Shown: piece by piece, positions 63,070 to 64,000 of the stretch
How the letters are laid out: every line of letters starts with the position of its first letter
Position numbering within the stretch: the stretch's first letter is position 1
Source: Acidobacteriota bacterium
GTDB lineage: Bacteria; Acidobacteriota; UBA890; WLXD01
Assembly (NCBI GenBank): GCA_963666215.2
Contig: CAXWPL010000005.1
Coordinates: 1,216,001 to 1,280,000, forward strand
DNA length: 64,000 nucleotides
Direction: 5' to 3'
Position numbers and translations under genes: made by a program
Notes under the pieces: model-generated
What the model saw: only the letters and a program-made list of their open reading frames with translations
What the model was told of the DNA's origin: nothing
Database searches by the model: none

Positions 63070-63882
63070 TCAGGGGATCTCAGGGGCCTCAAGGGTTCGT
63101 CGTAGATTGTGGATGGCTCTCGGGACGCCGGCGTCCACTTCGCGCCATAAGAGATCGGGACCGTGGTAGCGACCATCGGCCGCTTGGAACCCAAACCCTC
63201 CGCACCCTCCGCCCTGGAGACGCGCGGCCAGTTCGCAGCGGAGCTCGTAGGCACGCACGACGGCCTGGGCAGCCTCCAACAGCGAGGCCGGGGGGGCGGC
63301 CGTCGGGCCGCGGTAGCTCGTCCCTGCGATCTCCGGGCGCGCCTCGTACGCTTCGACGGCCGCGACGGCCGCGGCAGAGAGCCCGAACGCCTCGCCGACG
63401 CGGCACGGCGCCCACGCCGACTTCGGCCCGGCGCGGTCAGGCCATGGATTCGCCCGCTCGCCGGTTCGCCGCGCGCGATCCTCGCTGTCTACCGTGATTT
63501 CCGCGAAGAGCGCGCTCAGCCGGTGGAGCTGTTCGTCGGTGGCACCGGCCAGGAAGTCTGGCTCGGGGTCCGGCAAGGGTTCTGGAGCCGCCGCGCGGAG
63601 CTCGTAGGCCGCGCGGAGCTCGTAGGCGAGCGTGGCCGCGCGCAGCGCCGCCGCGAGCGACTGGGGCGAATCGGGGTTAGCAATGAACACCGCGGCCTGC
63701 CGGAGCGTGGCCTCGCACAGGCCGGGCACGTCAGACGGCACGGTCGCCGCGGCCAGGGCGTCAGGCGCCGACGGGGACGCCGCCTCGGTCGCGTCTACCA
63801 CCTGTGCACGGTGCCGCGCCCGCCGGCGCCGCTGGGCCGCGGTGTTCGCCTGCCGCTGAGCCGTGGGGTCCGCGTAGGGCAT
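63070..63882 (-). CDS. Hypothetical protein
   Basis: 270-aa ORF with ATG, GC-rich third positions, repeated AYELR. Confidence 0.5.
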   Translation of the reverse strand: MPYADPTAQRQANTAAQRRRRARHRAQVVDATEAASPSAPDALAAATVPSDVPGLCEATLRQAAVFIANPDSPQSLAAALRAATLAYELRAAYELRAAAPEPLPDPEPDFLAGATDEQLHRLSALFAEITVDSEDRARRTGERANPWPDRAGPKSAWAPCRVGEAFGLSAAAVAAVEAYEARPEIAGTSYRGPTAAPPASLLEAAQAVVRAYELRCELAARLQGGGCGGFGFQAADGRYHGPDLLWREVDAGVPRAIHNLRRTLEAPEIP

Positions 63883-63946
63883 GGCCTATCATGTCACACC
63901 ATCCGCGTCACACCATCCGCGTCACACCCGGAAGGGAGGCACCCGC

Positions 63947-64000
63947 GAACCGAAAACACTCCAAGACGCCATCCTGTACTTCTCTGATCCTGTTCGGTGT
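63947..64000 (+). mobile_element. Probable IS1595-family transposase N-terminus, cut by the window edge
   Basis: EPKTLQDAILYFSDPVRC resembles IS1595 N-termini; only 18 codons and no start codon seen. Confidence 0.45.

Overview
High-GC bacterial DNA. Gene content (ADOP-type permease with PadR, TPR/carboxypeptidase-regulatory protein, M14/M16/M43 peptidases) suggests Acidobacteriota; this is an inference. Positions 1-47 kb are mostly core-type genes, including a translationally coupled tkt-pgi-zwf-pgl operon that runs into an Omp85 gene and a secreted kinase-like gene, two ABC exporters, mutM, a FabL-like reductase and two H1-like basic proteins. From ~54 kb to the end is a mosaic island: an Mre11/Rad50-like pair, serine recombinase, ParA fragment, dinJ-yafQ and the start of an IS1595-like transposase. 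Not visible in the ORF track: (i) two probable selenoprotein genes, Rdx/SelW CxxU at 34468 and OsmC-like at 46683, each with an in-frame UGA and SECIS-like hairpin; (ii) three paralogous ~115-127 aa unknown genes within 9 kb, each behind a different regulatory module (sigma70 promoter, helically phased ATTAGT array, ECF promoter plus long structured leader); (iii) several IS481 copies or remnants at CCCTAG sites. Clustered indels and garbled stretches near the IS copies suggest a long-read consensus over a heterogeneous population, so frameshifts need read-level checking. No tRNA, rRNA or CRISPR array was recognised.
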